Positions 1 to 13,251 of a stretch of DNA of 64,000 nt are shown here, in pieces. The translations under genes and the position numbers were made by a program. Source of the stretch: Octopus vulgaris (Eukaryota); NCBI GenBank assembly GCA_951406725.2, contig OX597827.1, positions 38,750,001 to 38,814,000 on the forward strand, given 5' to 3'. The notes beneath the pieces were generated by a model that saw only the letters and a program-made list of their open reading frames with translations, was not told the DNA's origin and ran no database searches. Within the stretch, counting starts at the first letter, position 1; each line of letters opens with the position of its first letter.

Positions 1-591
1 GTTACTTTCACTGTACTTCACCATTTCAATACTAATTCACTTGAAACCACCTCTGTTTTTACAATATTAAGCATCTCACGTTAGTGTTCATGTCTAAATT
101 AAACCTCAGGTTACTTCAGCTTAATATATCAATTAATAAAATAGTTAATTCCACTGAATTGATTAGTTTTAGAAATATATTTTTTAAACGAATAGGCAGT
201 TTATTTTCATTAGAAATATGCTTATTATTTTTTTTGAGTATTGAAACTTTACTGTTAACTATTTTGATATAAAAACCTGCCTGAGATCATCTCTAGTTCT
301 GATGATACAAAATTATTCATTTTTAAAGCATGTAGGCACTTTATTTCATTAAAATTACAGTGATGAGAAGAATCTTACTATAACCTGCAATCACTTAAGT
401 CAATATCTTGTTGGAGAAAGAGTTATGAGACCACACCACACTTGTGCTTCACTCACAATATGAAAAGAGAAGAGTTTCAGAGTTGACCCAACATTTCATG
501 GGTTATGGGATGTTTTCTCTTCTTTTTCTTTAATTTTTTAATTTGTTTGTTTGCTTTGTCATTTCTATTGCTAATGTCTCATCTGTCTCAG

Positions 592-672
592 CAGTGACAC
601 GGAAGATGAAAAAGCTTACCGCACTTGGAAGAAGTCCATCATGCTAGTATACCGGGCTGCTGCTACTCACAA
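592..672 (+). CDS. BRD8: BRD8 coding exon (bromodomain start)
   Basis: Tandem CAGCAG acceptor at 589-594; AA|gttagt donor; encodes WKKSIMLVYRAAATH. Confidence 0.85.
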
Positions 673-3600
673 GTTAGTGGGCTCTATTTTCCCTCTCTTT
701 CTCTCTCGGTGCATATCTGTGAATTATTGTGGTTATATATGGATGACTGAACATTTATTGTGTGTGTGTGTATCATCATCATACATCTGTTTTCCATGCT
801 GGCATGGGTTGGATGATTGGACAGGAGTTGGCAAGCCGAAAGCTACATTGGGCTCTATTTGTCTACTTTGGGATTGTTTCTATGACTGGATGCCCTTCCT
901 AAAGCCAACTGCTTTACAGAGTGTACTGGGTGCTTTTTACATTTCACCAGCACAGATACTTTTTAAGTGGCACCAGTACAGATACTTTATAAGTGGCACC
1001 GGCATGGGTGTATTTTACATGGCACCAGCACAGGTGCTTTTTTTGTGACCCCAGTGAGGTTGCCAAGTAGCTTGCAAGAAAAACACCTCTCAACAGGGAG
1101 GGTGTTCCAGCCTCAGGAAGTGGCTGTGGGCCAGTTATGTGTTTGTGTGTGTGTGTGTGACTGGCTTGTTATTTGTGTGTGTGTGTGTGACTGGCTTGTT
1201 GTTTGTGAGTATCTGGGTGAACATATACATTTGTGTGTAAGAATCTATTAAAATAAACTTAATGCGTGCTGTTTGTAATATCACTTTGCCTCTATGTGAA
1301 GCATGACCAAATAGCTGGGCTATTATTGCCATTGTTTTTATTGTATGTTGTTTCCTTTATTACTCTAGGTATGCTAATGTATTTCTGCATCCTGTTCGAG
1401 AGGAGATAGCTCCAGGCTATCACAGTATAGTACACAGGTAACTATAAACACAATCTCTTTCTTCTCCATCTCTTGTATTTTTGGAGTTTCCTCATGTTGT
1501 TAATTACTAGTTTATACATCAGAGTAAGCATCTGGAATTCAATAGATACGAAGTTTAAGTTGTATTAGATGAGCTTCTTTTTCTGCCCTGTCCTGTCCCA
1601 TTTTTATTAGCCATCAAAAGTTAAGGAAATTTACACGAAAGAAAGCCACAAAAAAACTTTTTCATTTTTTTTACTCTCTTGTTTATATATTTTCAGACCA
1701 ATGGACTTAAGTGCCATTAAGAAGAATATTGAAAATGGTGTTATCCGCTCTACAACAGAGTTCCAACGTGATATGATGCTAATGTTTACTAATGCCATAA
1801 TGTACAACAGCTCTGACCACAATGTGTACAAGATGGCACGAGAGATGTACAATGATGTTATGCAACACATTGAGGTTTGTACTGTTCTTCTTTTATTACT
1901 TCATGTATATTTTTTTATACAATTACTAGGATGGAGGGGAGATAAGCGGAATTGGTAGTGCAACAAACTAAATCAGTGTTTCCCAAACTTTTCGCGCCAA
2001 ATTGCAATATCGCCCACCTATTGGCCAAAAAATGCTCCATTGCCCACCTGTTTAAAAAAAAAACCCTGACGCAACCCCACCAACACAAAATCCCCTAGCC
2101 CCACTCCTGTATCATTTGACACACACACTATATTTTTCAGATGAGATTAACTTCTGGAAACCTGCATTTTCTTTTACACTGATTTTCATTTTCCCCAAAT
2201 GAACCATTGATTAGAACTACCAATGCAAAAATAATTAATGATTGATTGTATTATAAAGGAAAGGAATAAAACTTTTTAATAAGAGAACCATGTGTCTCGT
2301 GCGATTCAGCTAGTACAGATACATTTGGTTTCAAACTTGTTGACTTTAGCCACAAGTCTCCTCGTTATTTCACATCCAGTCCAATTTAACCTGGTATGAG
2401 GTAGGGAAGGCAAGCAAAAGTAATTTCAGATATTTGCACAGACTGGGGTAGGAATTCAATATACTGTTGGCATCAATACCGAGGGCACCTATAACAACTG
2501 GGATTACCTTCTGGGCGAAATGCTTTGCAGCATTTCATTCATCTTTAGTTCAATTTCTGCTGAGGTCAGCTTTGCCTTTCATCCTTTTGGGGTCGATGTA
2601 ATTGACTATCTCCTTCATACATATTACAAGCCTTGTGCCCATAGTAGAAAGGATTATTATTATATGAACCATTAGAGCATCAGATAAAATGCCTCACATA
2701 TTTGGTTGTGGTTCTTTACATGCTAAGTTCAAATCACACCAAAGTCTTTGTCTTTCATCCTTTGTGGTGGGGGGGTGTCAATAAAATTAAGTACCAGTTA
2801 AGTACTAGACTTGGTTTAATCAACTAACACCCTCCTTTCGAAATTTCTGGCCTTGTGCTAGATAAAATGCCTTGTAGTAGTTGATTCAGTTCTTTACACT
2901 ATGATTTCAAATCTCACTGAGGTCAGCTTTGCCTTTCATCCCACCAGGATTACTATAATAAAGTACCTGTTGAGTACCAGATCCTACATAGTTGACTAAC
3001 ACCTCATCTCCAATTTTTTGCCTTGTGCCAATGTTAGAAACAAGAAATGTTGAAGTGCTGAGGGGGGTAAATTGTGGCCACATATACATGTACACGCACA
3101 TACACACCATACATATGTATATATATTATATTCATTTCTTTGCAGCAATTTGTGAGCACACAGTTAATGGTGCAAACGGAACCAAAAATGCTACGGCCAT
3201 CGCGCAGGATGGAAAATATCGAGAAGGTACGTATATTGAAGATGTTTTTAACTTTTATTGTTAAACAGAAATAAAGAGAGAGACAGGGGCAGGGTAGAAA
3301 TTGAAGACATCCACAGTATAAACCATTGTGTGCAGGAGTGAAGACTAATGTGGCCCTGAGGTGCAAATGGAAAGCAACTCATAGTTAACTTACATTTAAC
3401 TTTTACAGTACTTGACAGAACCTTTTTTTGGGGTTGTTTTTAATATATTTTTTTATAGCTTAGTCAAGGAAGAAAAGGCAGCATCTTTTTGATTTTTACA
3501 GTAGCTTCAAAACTGTAGGTCTATGATGTCCTATATTGTTGGTAACTTTTAACCACTACTTTGATCTCTGTAATTAGCCATGTTTGAAGTCAGTGGCTGC

Positions 3601-5071
3601 AGATGGATCTCACACAAAAACAGGTCAGAGCTTCCAAGGTGTCACTAAAGAGGCTGAGTTTCTGTTATTTACTTTGTATATGTGTATACTCTTGTTTGTT
3701 GTGACAATTCAGCTCCTTGAAAGCTAGCTGGAAAAGGTGAGGAAGGAGGTTCTTCTTTTTTATAAATGCTAAACGAAATAAAGGCACACTAATTGCTACA
3801 CACTGGTGTGGATTTATATCATCATCTTCATCGTCGTTTAACATCTGCTTTCCATGCTGGCATGGGTTGGATGGTTTGACTAAGGACTGGTGAGCCAGAA
3901 GGCTGCACCAGACTCCAATCTGATCTGGCAAAGTTTCTACAGTTGAATGCTCTTCCTAAAGCCAATCACTCCAAGAGTGTAGTGGGTGCTTTTATGTGCC
4001 ATCAGCATGAGGGCCAGTCAGGCAGTTCTGGCAACAACCATGCTCAAATAGTGGTTTTTATGTGCTACCTGCACATGTGCCAGTAAAGTAACGCTGGCAA
4101 CAATTATGCTCAAATGATGCTTTTTACATGCCACCGGTACGGGAGCCAATCAGCGGCCCTGGCAATGATCACACTCGGATGTGCTTTTAACATTCCACTG
4201 GCATGAGTAGCTAATCAGGCAGTACTGTCATCAGCCACATCAGTGATTTTGATTTTGATTTCACTTGCCTCCATAGGTCTTCACAAGCAAAGTTTATTGC
4301 CCAATGAATGAGGAGTACTCATAAGTGGGCTGGTTACACCCACTGGCATAGGCCACGTGTTATGGTCTCATTTGGCTCGTCAGGTCTTCTCAAGAACAGC
4401 ATATCTCCAAAGGTTTCAGTCACTAGTCATTGCCCCGGTAAGGCCCAACGTTCGGAGGGTGTGCTTCACCACCTCATCCCAGGTCTTCCTGGGTCTACCT
4501 CTTCCACAGGTTCCCTCAACTGCTAGGGTGTGACACTTTTTCACACACACGATTAGCTTTCTGCATTGCTATTTTGTATATTTCCATGATAAAGAAGATA
4601 GCAGGATGGCAAAATCATTAGTGTATCAATCAACATGCTAAGCAACATTTCTTTTGACTCTTGACATTCTGGGGTCAACTTTGCCCTTCATCCTTTCAAG
4701 TTCGATAAAATAAAATACCACTGGGTTCAATGTAATTGACTAACCCTGCTTCCCCTGTAATTGCTGAGCTTGTGCCAAAATTTGAAGCCATTATAAAGGC
4801 AGCATGCCATTTGTTATTTCAGTTGTATTCTCAGTTGAATAGAAGCTCCCTTTCTGCTTCAAGTAGTCTTCCATCTTAGAGATGGTAGCAAGTCTTTCTT
4901 TATTTTAGTATATCTATCCAACACAGACATTATATTGTATCCTATTTTATGTTGTAGGAAGAAGATACAAAAAAACGAAAGACTGACCCCAATCAAGATG
5001 GTGGCAAGAAGAAAAAACGTCCCAAGCCAGTAACTCCTGAAGACACGCCTCCAAAAACACCCAATGAGTGA
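592..5071 (+). CDS. BRD8: Bromodomain-containing protein 8 (NuA4/TIP60 subunit), 3' part; join(592..672,1369..1437,1697..1874,3146..3226,4958..5071); 5' exons lie upstream of the window
   Basis: Spliced translation SDTEDEKAYRTWKKSIMLVYRAAATHKYANVFLHPVREEIAPGYHSIVHRPMDLSAIKKNIENGVIRSTTEFQRDMMLMFTNAIMYNSSDHNVYKMAREMYNDVMQHIEQFVSTQLMVQ... closely resembles the BRD8 bromodomain as I recall it. All introns are GT-AG with consistent phases; TGA at 5069-5071. Confidence 0.93.
1369..1437 (+). CDS. BRD8: BRD8 coding exon
   Basis: ctag|G ... AG|gtaact; encodes YANVFLHPVREEIAPGYHSIVH. Confidence 0.92.
1697..1874 (+). CDS. BRD8: BRD8 coding exon (bromodomain core)
   Basis: ttcag|A ... GAG|gtttgt; PMDLSAIKKNI...NAIMYN bromodomain motif. 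Confidence 0.93.
1974..2490 (-). mobile_element. hAT (Buster/Charlie-like) DNA transposon 3' remnant
   Basis: TIR-like CAGTGTTTCCCAAACT at 1974; minus-strand degenerate peptide YPSLCKYLKLLLLAFPTSY...RGDLWLK...HETHGS resembles the hAT dimerisation C-terminus. Confidence 0.6.
3146..3226 (+). CDS. BRD8: BRD8 coding exon
   Basis: ttgcag|CAA ... AAG|gtacgt; QFVSTQLMVQTEPKMLRPSRRMENIEK. Confidence 0.88.
4958..5071 (+). CDS. BRD8: BRD8 terminal coding exon (basic, NLS-like tail)
   Basis: ttgtag|GAA; EEDTKKRKTDPNQDGGKKKKRPKPVTPEDTPPKTPNE*; AATAAA near 5314. Confidence 0.8.
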   Translation, partial: EEDTKKRKTDPNQDGGKKKKRPKPVTPEDTPPKTPNE

Positions 5072-5887
5072 CTTGAATTAAGAACTGACCTGCTATGTCC
5101 CAGCTTGTTGTAGCTCTTGCCTCTCACCACATCCACCTCTCTCATTGTCCTTGAGTCCTCCTGTCATACGTTCGTAATCAATATTGCTGCTACTTTTAAC
5201 TATACCTCAATCTCTTCCAAAACAGAGAGACATGGTTGAGGTTTGGCTTGTTGGCTTCAAAAGTCACTCACACTCAACATCAGTCTTTTTTTTTCTTCTC
5301 TCCCTTTTTTTCTAATAAAAGTATTTAAAACTACAAATGAATTAACTAAGCTTTTCAATGTGAATTGACATTAGACATTTTAAACATCAATTTGCAACAG
5401 AAAAAAGAACAATGATGTTGGAACCATATATTTATTGCTTGCCAAGGGACCACATTACCAATTACACTACACAGTGTATGTCACTCTTTCTCCCTTAAAT
5501 TAGGTACTTAAATCTTATTTTTTCCGTTCTTTTTTTTTTTTTGTTTTTAGTTTTCGAAAGATAATTGGTCAGTTACTTAGCATACATAGCAGAATAGCTG
5601 CTGCATACATAAATATATTCAGCATAACAATAATGTGCCCCACCTCTTTTCTCGGTTCTATGCTTGCGAGCGATAATGATAACAATAACAATAAACCTCC
5701 GAAATCAAATAATGAATGAATGAATGAACTAAGATTTTCCAGTATGAAATTATATTTGACAGTATTTTTAAAACTATTTTCTTCAGTCAAGAGTTGTGAC
5801 CTCTTTTTATCAGAGAATTAATTCTGAAAAGTGAGGCATATTTGTTTGCTAATGAGAAATGGAATATCTTACTATTGTTATGTTATT

Positions 5888-6540
5888 AAGGTGGCAAGCA
5901 GGCAGAATCATTACCATGCTGGAAAAAATACTCAGCTGCATTTTTCCCAACTTTACATTCTGAGTTCAAATTCCACTGAGGTTGACTTTTCCTTTCATCC
6001 TTTCAGGGTAGATGAAATAAGTACCAGTCAAGCATTGGGGTCAATGTAATTGACTTACCCCTCCCCCACAAAAAAAAAATTGCTGGCCTTGTGCCAAAAT
6101 TTTAAACCATTATTATAAGTAAGGTGGTGAGCTGGCAGAATTGTTAGCATGTCAGACAAAATGCTTAGCATTATTTCTTCTGGCTTTACATTCTGAGTTC
6201 AAATTCCACTGAGGTTGACTTTGCCTTTTATCCTTTTGGGAGGTCAATGAAATAAGGACAAGTCAAGTACTGGAGTCAATGTAATCGACTTGGCCCCTTC
6301 CTCAAAATTTCAGGCTATGTGCCTGAGTAGAAAGGATTGTTATTAAGATGGCGAGCTGGCACAATTGCTAGCATGTCAGACAAATTGCTTGGTGACATTT
6401 CTTCCAACTTTACATTCCAATTTCAAATTCTGCCAAGGTTGACTTTGCCTTTCATCATTTTGGGATTGGTGATTTCAACTAACTTCCACCCCTCCTCAAA
6501 AATTGCTGGTCTTGTCCCTAAATTAGAAATCATTATTATT
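5888..6540 (+). mobile_element. Three head-to-tail copies of a tRNA-derived SINE with a MetaSINE-like core
   Basis: Repeated AAGGTGG..GAGCTGGCAGAA head, GAGTTCAAATTCC B-box, TTGCCTTTCATCCTTT..AAGTACCAG core and (ATT)n tails. Confidence 0.8.
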
Positions 6541-7265
6541 AAAGCACCAGTTGAACAATACCCCATTACCCTCGAGATTACTGGCCAAATGCCAAATTTA
6601 GAAAGAATTATTTTACTTATTTTTATTTATTTTCGTTTTTATTTTAAAATTTTTTTTTCTTGGTTTTTCTCTTATGAAGGACCCAGTTTGAATTATTGTC
6701 TTGTAAGAAGACATCTGCAATAAGTATTGATTTCTATTTTGCAGTTTATTTGAAGCATCTTCATATAAGTATTTAAAAAAAAAATGAAAACCATTTACCA
6801 ATACAAATTGTAGAGAAAAAACAAATAAATGCATTGAATATTTTCAGATTCACAATCAAAAGTTGTTAAAGCTGGAATATTTAATAAATTCATTGTGCAC
6901 CTCTTCCTGCATTCAAAATGTGCAACCATTTAAAGTATTTTAATTACCACTGTTTGCATTGTTTATTTGTTCGTTTGACTGATCAAGTGCTGTCTGTGAT
7001 ATCACAGAAACAATGGAAGCAAAAAAGTCAAAATTTCATCATCATTGTTATTTTCAGCCGGAATTCGATAGTTACAGGGTTCGATTTTCAATAGTGGTAT
7101 AAGGGTATTTGCCAGATCTTCTAAGCTGCTTTCACTATTCTTTGTTCAAGACTTATTTTCTGTAAAATATCAATATCACTTTCACTTCTGTTTTTTTGTT
7201 TTTTTTTTCTTTTTTATTCTGGCATGGATTGGGTGGAACTTTGTGAGGCAATATTTAAAAGTTGA

Positions 7266-7486
7266 AGGGCGGTGAGCTGGCAGAATCATTAGCATGCCTG
7301 GTGGTATTTCGTCTGCCGTTACGTTCTGAGTTCAAATTCCGCCGAGGTCAACTTTGCCTTTCATCCTTTCGGGGTCGATTAAATAAGTACCAGTTACACA
7401 CTGGGGTCAATGTAATCGACTTAATCCCTTTGTCTGTCCTTGCTTGTCCCCTCTATGTTTAGCCCCCTATGGGCAATAAAGAAATA
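7266..7486 (+). mobile_element. Young full-length tRNA-derived SINE with a 16-bp TSD
   Basis: TSD AATATTTAAAAGTTGA at 7250-7265 and 7487-7502; CpGs retained; tail ...GGGCAATAAAGAAAT. Confidence 0.88.
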
Positions 7487-8399
7487 AATATTTAAAAGTT
7501 GAGAAAATAAGTTGTACACAGGTAGATTGGTGATCAGCTTTGTCTTGTGTACAGTGAGACAAAATGAAATCAATAATTTTAATTTTTTTCCACATTGTCA
7601 TCATCATCATTTAACATCCGTTTTCTATGCTGGTATGGGTTGTACAGTTTGACAGGAGCTGATCAGGGTCCAATTGTCTCTTTAGGCATGGTTTCTACAG
7701 CTGGATGCATGTGGCACCAACATGGGTGTTTTATACATGGCACTGGCACAGGGATTTTTTACTTGGCACCAATGTAAGCTCACCGCCCTTCAACTTTTAA
7801 ATATTGCCTCACAAAATTCCACCCAATCCATGCCAGAATAAAAAATAAAAAAAAAAAAAACAGAAGTTTTGGTATGGTTTCTATGGCTGGATGCCCTTCT
7901 AACACCAATCATTTTACAGAGTGCACTGGATGCTTTTAACATGGCACCAGCACACACACGTGTGTATACTACAGGCTTCATGCAGTTTCTGCCTATTAAA
8001 TTTCTTCACAATGCATTGATCAACATGGAGCTTTATAGAACACACCCATGGCATTGCACAGTAGGACTGAACCCCAAACCATGTGTTTGAGAAGCAAACT
8101 TCTTAACCTTACAGCTATACCTGCGTCAGAAATAACTAAAATTCCTTACAAGACGGTACTCCAGCATGGTCACAGCCCACTGACTGAAATCAGAAAAGAA
8201 ACAAAATACATAGTTTTGATTTTTGTTTTTTAATTACTGAATTTTATTTTGTTCTTTTGCAACATTTTTGGAATATTAAGTACACAACTGAAAATTCTTG
8301 AACATGGGCAAAATATCTGAGTCTCAACAGAAAGAGCATCTTCAAGTAGACTTGATAAAGTATCCTCCCCAGAGAATGGCACAATTTATCTCATTAGGG

Positions 8400-8705
8400 A
8401 TTAGTCTACACTACTCCATAAGGAACATAGGGCCACAACCTCTTCATGCCAATGAACATGATCTTGGGTTACCTCCTTGACTTCAGACGAAGAAACACCG
8501 ACTGCTTTCACTTCATCTTCCACGCATTCTTTCCAAGTCTTCTTAGGTCATCCAACTTTCTTCTTTCCTTCAGATTGCCAGTCTAACACTTGCCTTGCAA
8601 TGTTGCTTGGAGGTCTCCTTAGAGTGTGACCAATCCAGCCCCATTTCCTTTTCAAAATTTCTGGATTGATGGGAGTTTGGTTTGCTGTGTCCCACAGAAT
8701 TTACC
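8400..8705 (-). mobile_element. RTE-type LINE 3' fragment
   Basis: Minus-strand peptide [42 protein letters not shown], typical of an RTE C-terminus. Confidence 0.7.
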
Positions 8706-9698
8706 TCATTACAGTGAGATATAGAGCTTCTAACCAATCTAGCTTAAGGCTACGAAACTGATTACCTTCATTTAATTCTATTTCAAACCATGCACCAAGT
8801 GTAAAGTAAAAAAGGTGAGAAAAGAACAGTTGAAATGTGTTGCACAAGTGGTAAGATCTGTCTGAGAACATTGCCAAAGCCTTGAAGAATGCTGCTAACA
8901 AGAATTTGAGTCCAAGCAAGTCCTTTAAAACATTTGAGCATATAACTGCATTCCAAATAACATGATTTGGAGCAAATATCCATCTAAGAAGCTAACATGC
9001 CCACTTTCAAAATCATACCAGCACCATGCAATTGATTCAGTGCTGAAAAGCACCAATTTCTGAAGTTATACTTTGTTGGTAATTTAAACAAGCAAGCAGA
9101 ACAAAGATGTGGGAATTATCATGGTTTAATGTTTGATTCAACTCTACAACTTCAAAAAATGATTCCCAGTAACACCCCATACAATTTTAAAAACTTGCAG
9201 TTTCCAGTCAGTAATATATTTTTCCATGTTCATCAACAAATCTTAAGGGCATACCTTAAAGGATGCTAGATCCTTGCTTTTCTCATGGTCAATTATTACA
9301 TGCTGCCTCACAAATCCAAGCATAAAATGACATCATTATGTGTATGATTCACAAGAGAAAACAATGAATAATATTAATCAAGGTGTACTGTAATGTAAAT
9401 AAATTACTTTGTGATATTATAATTCCCTGAGCTATTTTAGCTATTATTTTGATTATAACAGAATTTTTAAAATACAGTTTTTTTCAAATGTAACAAAAAA
9501 AAATTGATAAATCTCTTAAAGTTTATGAAATGGAAATCTGTATTGAATTGATTGAATCAAATTATGTTATTTTTGTTGGTTTTATTTTATTAATAGAAAA
9601 AAAAAAGAGTATTTCTTTTGGAATTTCCAAATCCACAAGCTGTAATGCACTGAAAGTGGTTTAAAAATTCCTAATTCAGGTGTCATTTTAGGAAAAAC

Positions 9699-9872
9699 TT
9701 AATACTTGGCCAACCCTTCACAAACAGCAAGGTTATAGAGAAAGGTTTCTGTATTTTTGGGCATTTTCCTACTTCTCAGTAGTTCTAAAGTTATATAAGA
9801 TTTCCCAGTTTCATCAGTTTCTGACAAGGAAGTCAAATTGGTAAGTAATTCTTTGGTTTTCTCAGAAATTTT
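9699..9872 (-). CDS. DENND10: DENND10 exon 8 (stop)
   Basis: tcag|AAA; KISEKTKELLTNL...ETFLYNLAVCEGLAKY TAA. Confidence 0.92.
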   Translation of the reverse strand, partial: KISEKTKELLTNLTSLSETDETGKSYITLELLRSRKMPKNTETFLYNLAVCEGLAKY

Positions 9873-12800
9873 CTGAAAAGATAAAAATTATGTGCATGTA
9901 CATGTGTGTTAACTTAAAATTAAGTGAAACTCTGATAATTCAGTTATAATCAACTCTAATACATTACAGAGCATTTCTATTCATCTTTAAAATTGTTATG
10001 AAAAACAATTACAAATGACGTCTATTACAACTGAGATGTTTGAAAGTTGAGATATATTGCAGGAGTGATTACAGCAAAGTTTTTTCATTGGCTCATATGG
10101 TCCCTACTTCAGAGACAATAGGCTGTTTGTTAAGACAGTTTTAGATGAGTGATTGTATACAGGCACCTAAATTGAGATATGTGGCTCTATTTTAAAAAAA
10201 CAGCCCCAGATTTTGCTTTACAGAGATCTTTGATTAAAAGGTACAGTTTTTATTATTCCATCTTTTTTGTTTTCAGAGAGTATATATCAAAGATTACAAT
10301 GACTAAGTTGTCTTTCCTTTTTGTAGCAATGTAAGGTATGATTTGAAGGGGATTTGGCTTCTATTCTTAGCAGATTAAGTGACTGCTTATAACAATTTGT
10401 TAGGAGAGATTTGGTTGTCACATTACCAATAATTAGGTCCAACAACAAAGAGGGTCTCATACTGACATGTAGTCATCACCATCATCATCCTCGTAATTTA
10501 ATGTCAAATGTTCCACATGTTGCACAATTTCACAAGATCTGATGAGCTACAGGGTTGTACCAAGCTCCAATGTCAGTTTTGGCATGATTTCTATAGCTAG
10601 ATGCCCTTCCTAAATCCAACACAACTTTACAGTGTGTACATTATGCTTTTTTCATGCTACTAGCACTCTACTTCACAACAACCCCTAAAACATTATGTGA
10701 AGGCGCATGGCTTATGGTTACAGTGCTAGACTCATTATCATAAGATAATTCCTTTACCAAGCAATGCATTGTGCTCTTGAGCAAAACATTTCATTTCCTG
10801 TTGCTACAGTCCACAGCTGGTAAAAAAGAGAACTCCTGCAACGGACCGGTATCTCATCCAGGGAGGAATGCATATAGCAGAGAAACCAGGAAACTGACTC
10901 TATGCTCCTTACAGAGTAATGTAGACTAACCAGCCCCTAAACAATATCAACATTTCCAGCATGGAAGTAGAAATAGTACTCACCTTGAGAAGTACGTCTC
11001 TACATGCTAGGACATCCCACTTCAAGTGTTGTATATAAGCAACTGAATGTACTGTTAGTACTTGATATAGTTATAAAGGATTTGTCTTACCTTAATTAAC
11101 TGCTGTTGCGAGCAGTCTGTATCTTCAGCACATTTCACCATAAACATTGCTATATCTTTATGTAGTTTTCCCATTGCAAGTGATTCTGAAAAGTGTAAAG
11201 GAGGACAATATCAAATACTATTACATTAAGTATTTCTAGTACAGTGACAGTAAATATTTATACAATATATCAAACTAGGAGTAACACTGCCCTCTGGCCA
11301 GTTTCCTGCTAGCATATGTAATATGTGTATGCTCTAATAACTTGTAATTCACCAAATTTGAGGGAGATTTGTCTGCCACATATATCAGAATGGACACTAC
11401 ATAGAGACTTCCTCAGTGATCTAGCCAAGAAATCATAGACACAATTAACAGAAGAAATAATGAAATAACTTTTCTAGAAATTACTAACATAACAACTTAC
11501 CTTTAGCCCCTGGGCTAACACTGATCTCACGAGTCTGTAGATTCACAAGTAAATCATAGAGGTCAGATCTATAGAGAAAATAAATCATATGTATTTTGAA
11601 GATGTACTTGTTTGGCAAGAAATACAAAGGAATATAGTGTCAATGACCATGATAAAGATACGCAACAAATAACTTCAATACTGAATAACATGTAATAATA
11701 ATACTATTACAAAATGAATCGTATAAGAGTGTATGTTTTAAATGTATTTCTTTACTGCCCACAAGGGGCTAAACATAGAGGGGACAAACAAGAACAGACA
11801 AAGGGATTAAGTCGATTACATCGACCCCAGTGGGAAACTGGTACTTTATTTATCGACCCCGAAAGGTAACGTATGTTTTAAATGGTTGGCATGACACTAC
11901 AATGATGAAATTACTTGATTATATATCAGATATCAGGTATATCTGATATACATATATATATATAAAAATTTATCTGATATATCAGATAAATTCTTGATTT
12001 ATTGAAGGTACCTCTATTTTCAGAAAGTGTAGACTATTGACCAACTGATTAGTGACAACTCGCACCTACAATAAATGAGAAGGGGAGATAACCTCAAGAA
12101 TTAGAAATTCTTGAAAATTGATATGCCATTATGGAAAAAACAATTTGCCTGTCTGAAAGGCAAGAGGACAGCTGTAGATAAGTATTTCTACCTTAGTAGG
12201 TGTCATCAGCAGAAGAGACACCTAAACATAAATAAAAAAGAAACAAGTTTACAGCCTAGGTAATTTGCATATATGAAACGAAAATGAGCTAGAGTACCAA
12301 ATATATAAAGAACAAACACATATTTATATATACTAAATAACATATAAGACATAATCATGATTTATCGAAATTATCTCTACCTCCATGGAGAGTAGGTCAA
12401 CTGCTTAGAAGCAATAGGTATGAACTCCAAATGTAGAGAAGAGATAATCTCAAGAACCAAAATCTCCCCAAAATTGATGTGCCATTAACCCATTAGCATT
12501 CATATTATTTTATCAAATCTAATGCATATTTATTCACATTTTTTTTAATCCATCATGCATTATCTCGTAGCTTTGAGATTTTGCTGATGTAATTGTTTAT
12601 TTTTAAAATGACATTATTGGGCAAGTGTTAGAGGCTAGATCTGGTCAGTTTGAACATAAAGCAGGTAGAGTATTTGCACCAGAGATAACCAGTTTAAATG
12701 CTGGAAAAAACGGTGTGATTCTCTGAAAACAAGGAGATAGATGTGGATATTGTACCGATTACCACTAAGCAATTGGTCTTGTCTCCCTGGAAGCAGAGAT

Positions 12801-13198
12801 AATTTCAATAACTCAAGAGTGTATAATGTGTTATTTAAAACATTTATCCATCTTGTGTTGTTCGAATATAAGGCACTTGCCATTCTGAGTTATTTCTCTT
12901 AACTCATTTTCATTTTATGTGTCATCATCATCATCTTTATCATTTAACGTCAGTTTTCCATGCTGGCATGTGTTGGACGTCTTGACAGGAACTGCCAAGG
13001 CCAGGAGCAATGCTTGCTTCTGTAATAGTCTGTTTCGGCTTGGTTTCTACAGCTGGGAGCCTTTTCAAAAGCTAATCTAAGTTGATCTAAATTTGCATTG
13101 CATATTCTACTCAGAGTGTGCTGCGTGCTTTTTATGTGTTCCATCACCTGTCCTTTTTACATGGCACCAACCCCAGTGCTTTTTAGATGGCACCAGCA

Positions 13199-13251
<53 letters not shown>

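Noticed and set aside
641-1048. 135-aa ORF as a standalone gene
   Set aside because: Only the first 11 codons belong to a BRD8 exon; the rest is intron and repeat read-through
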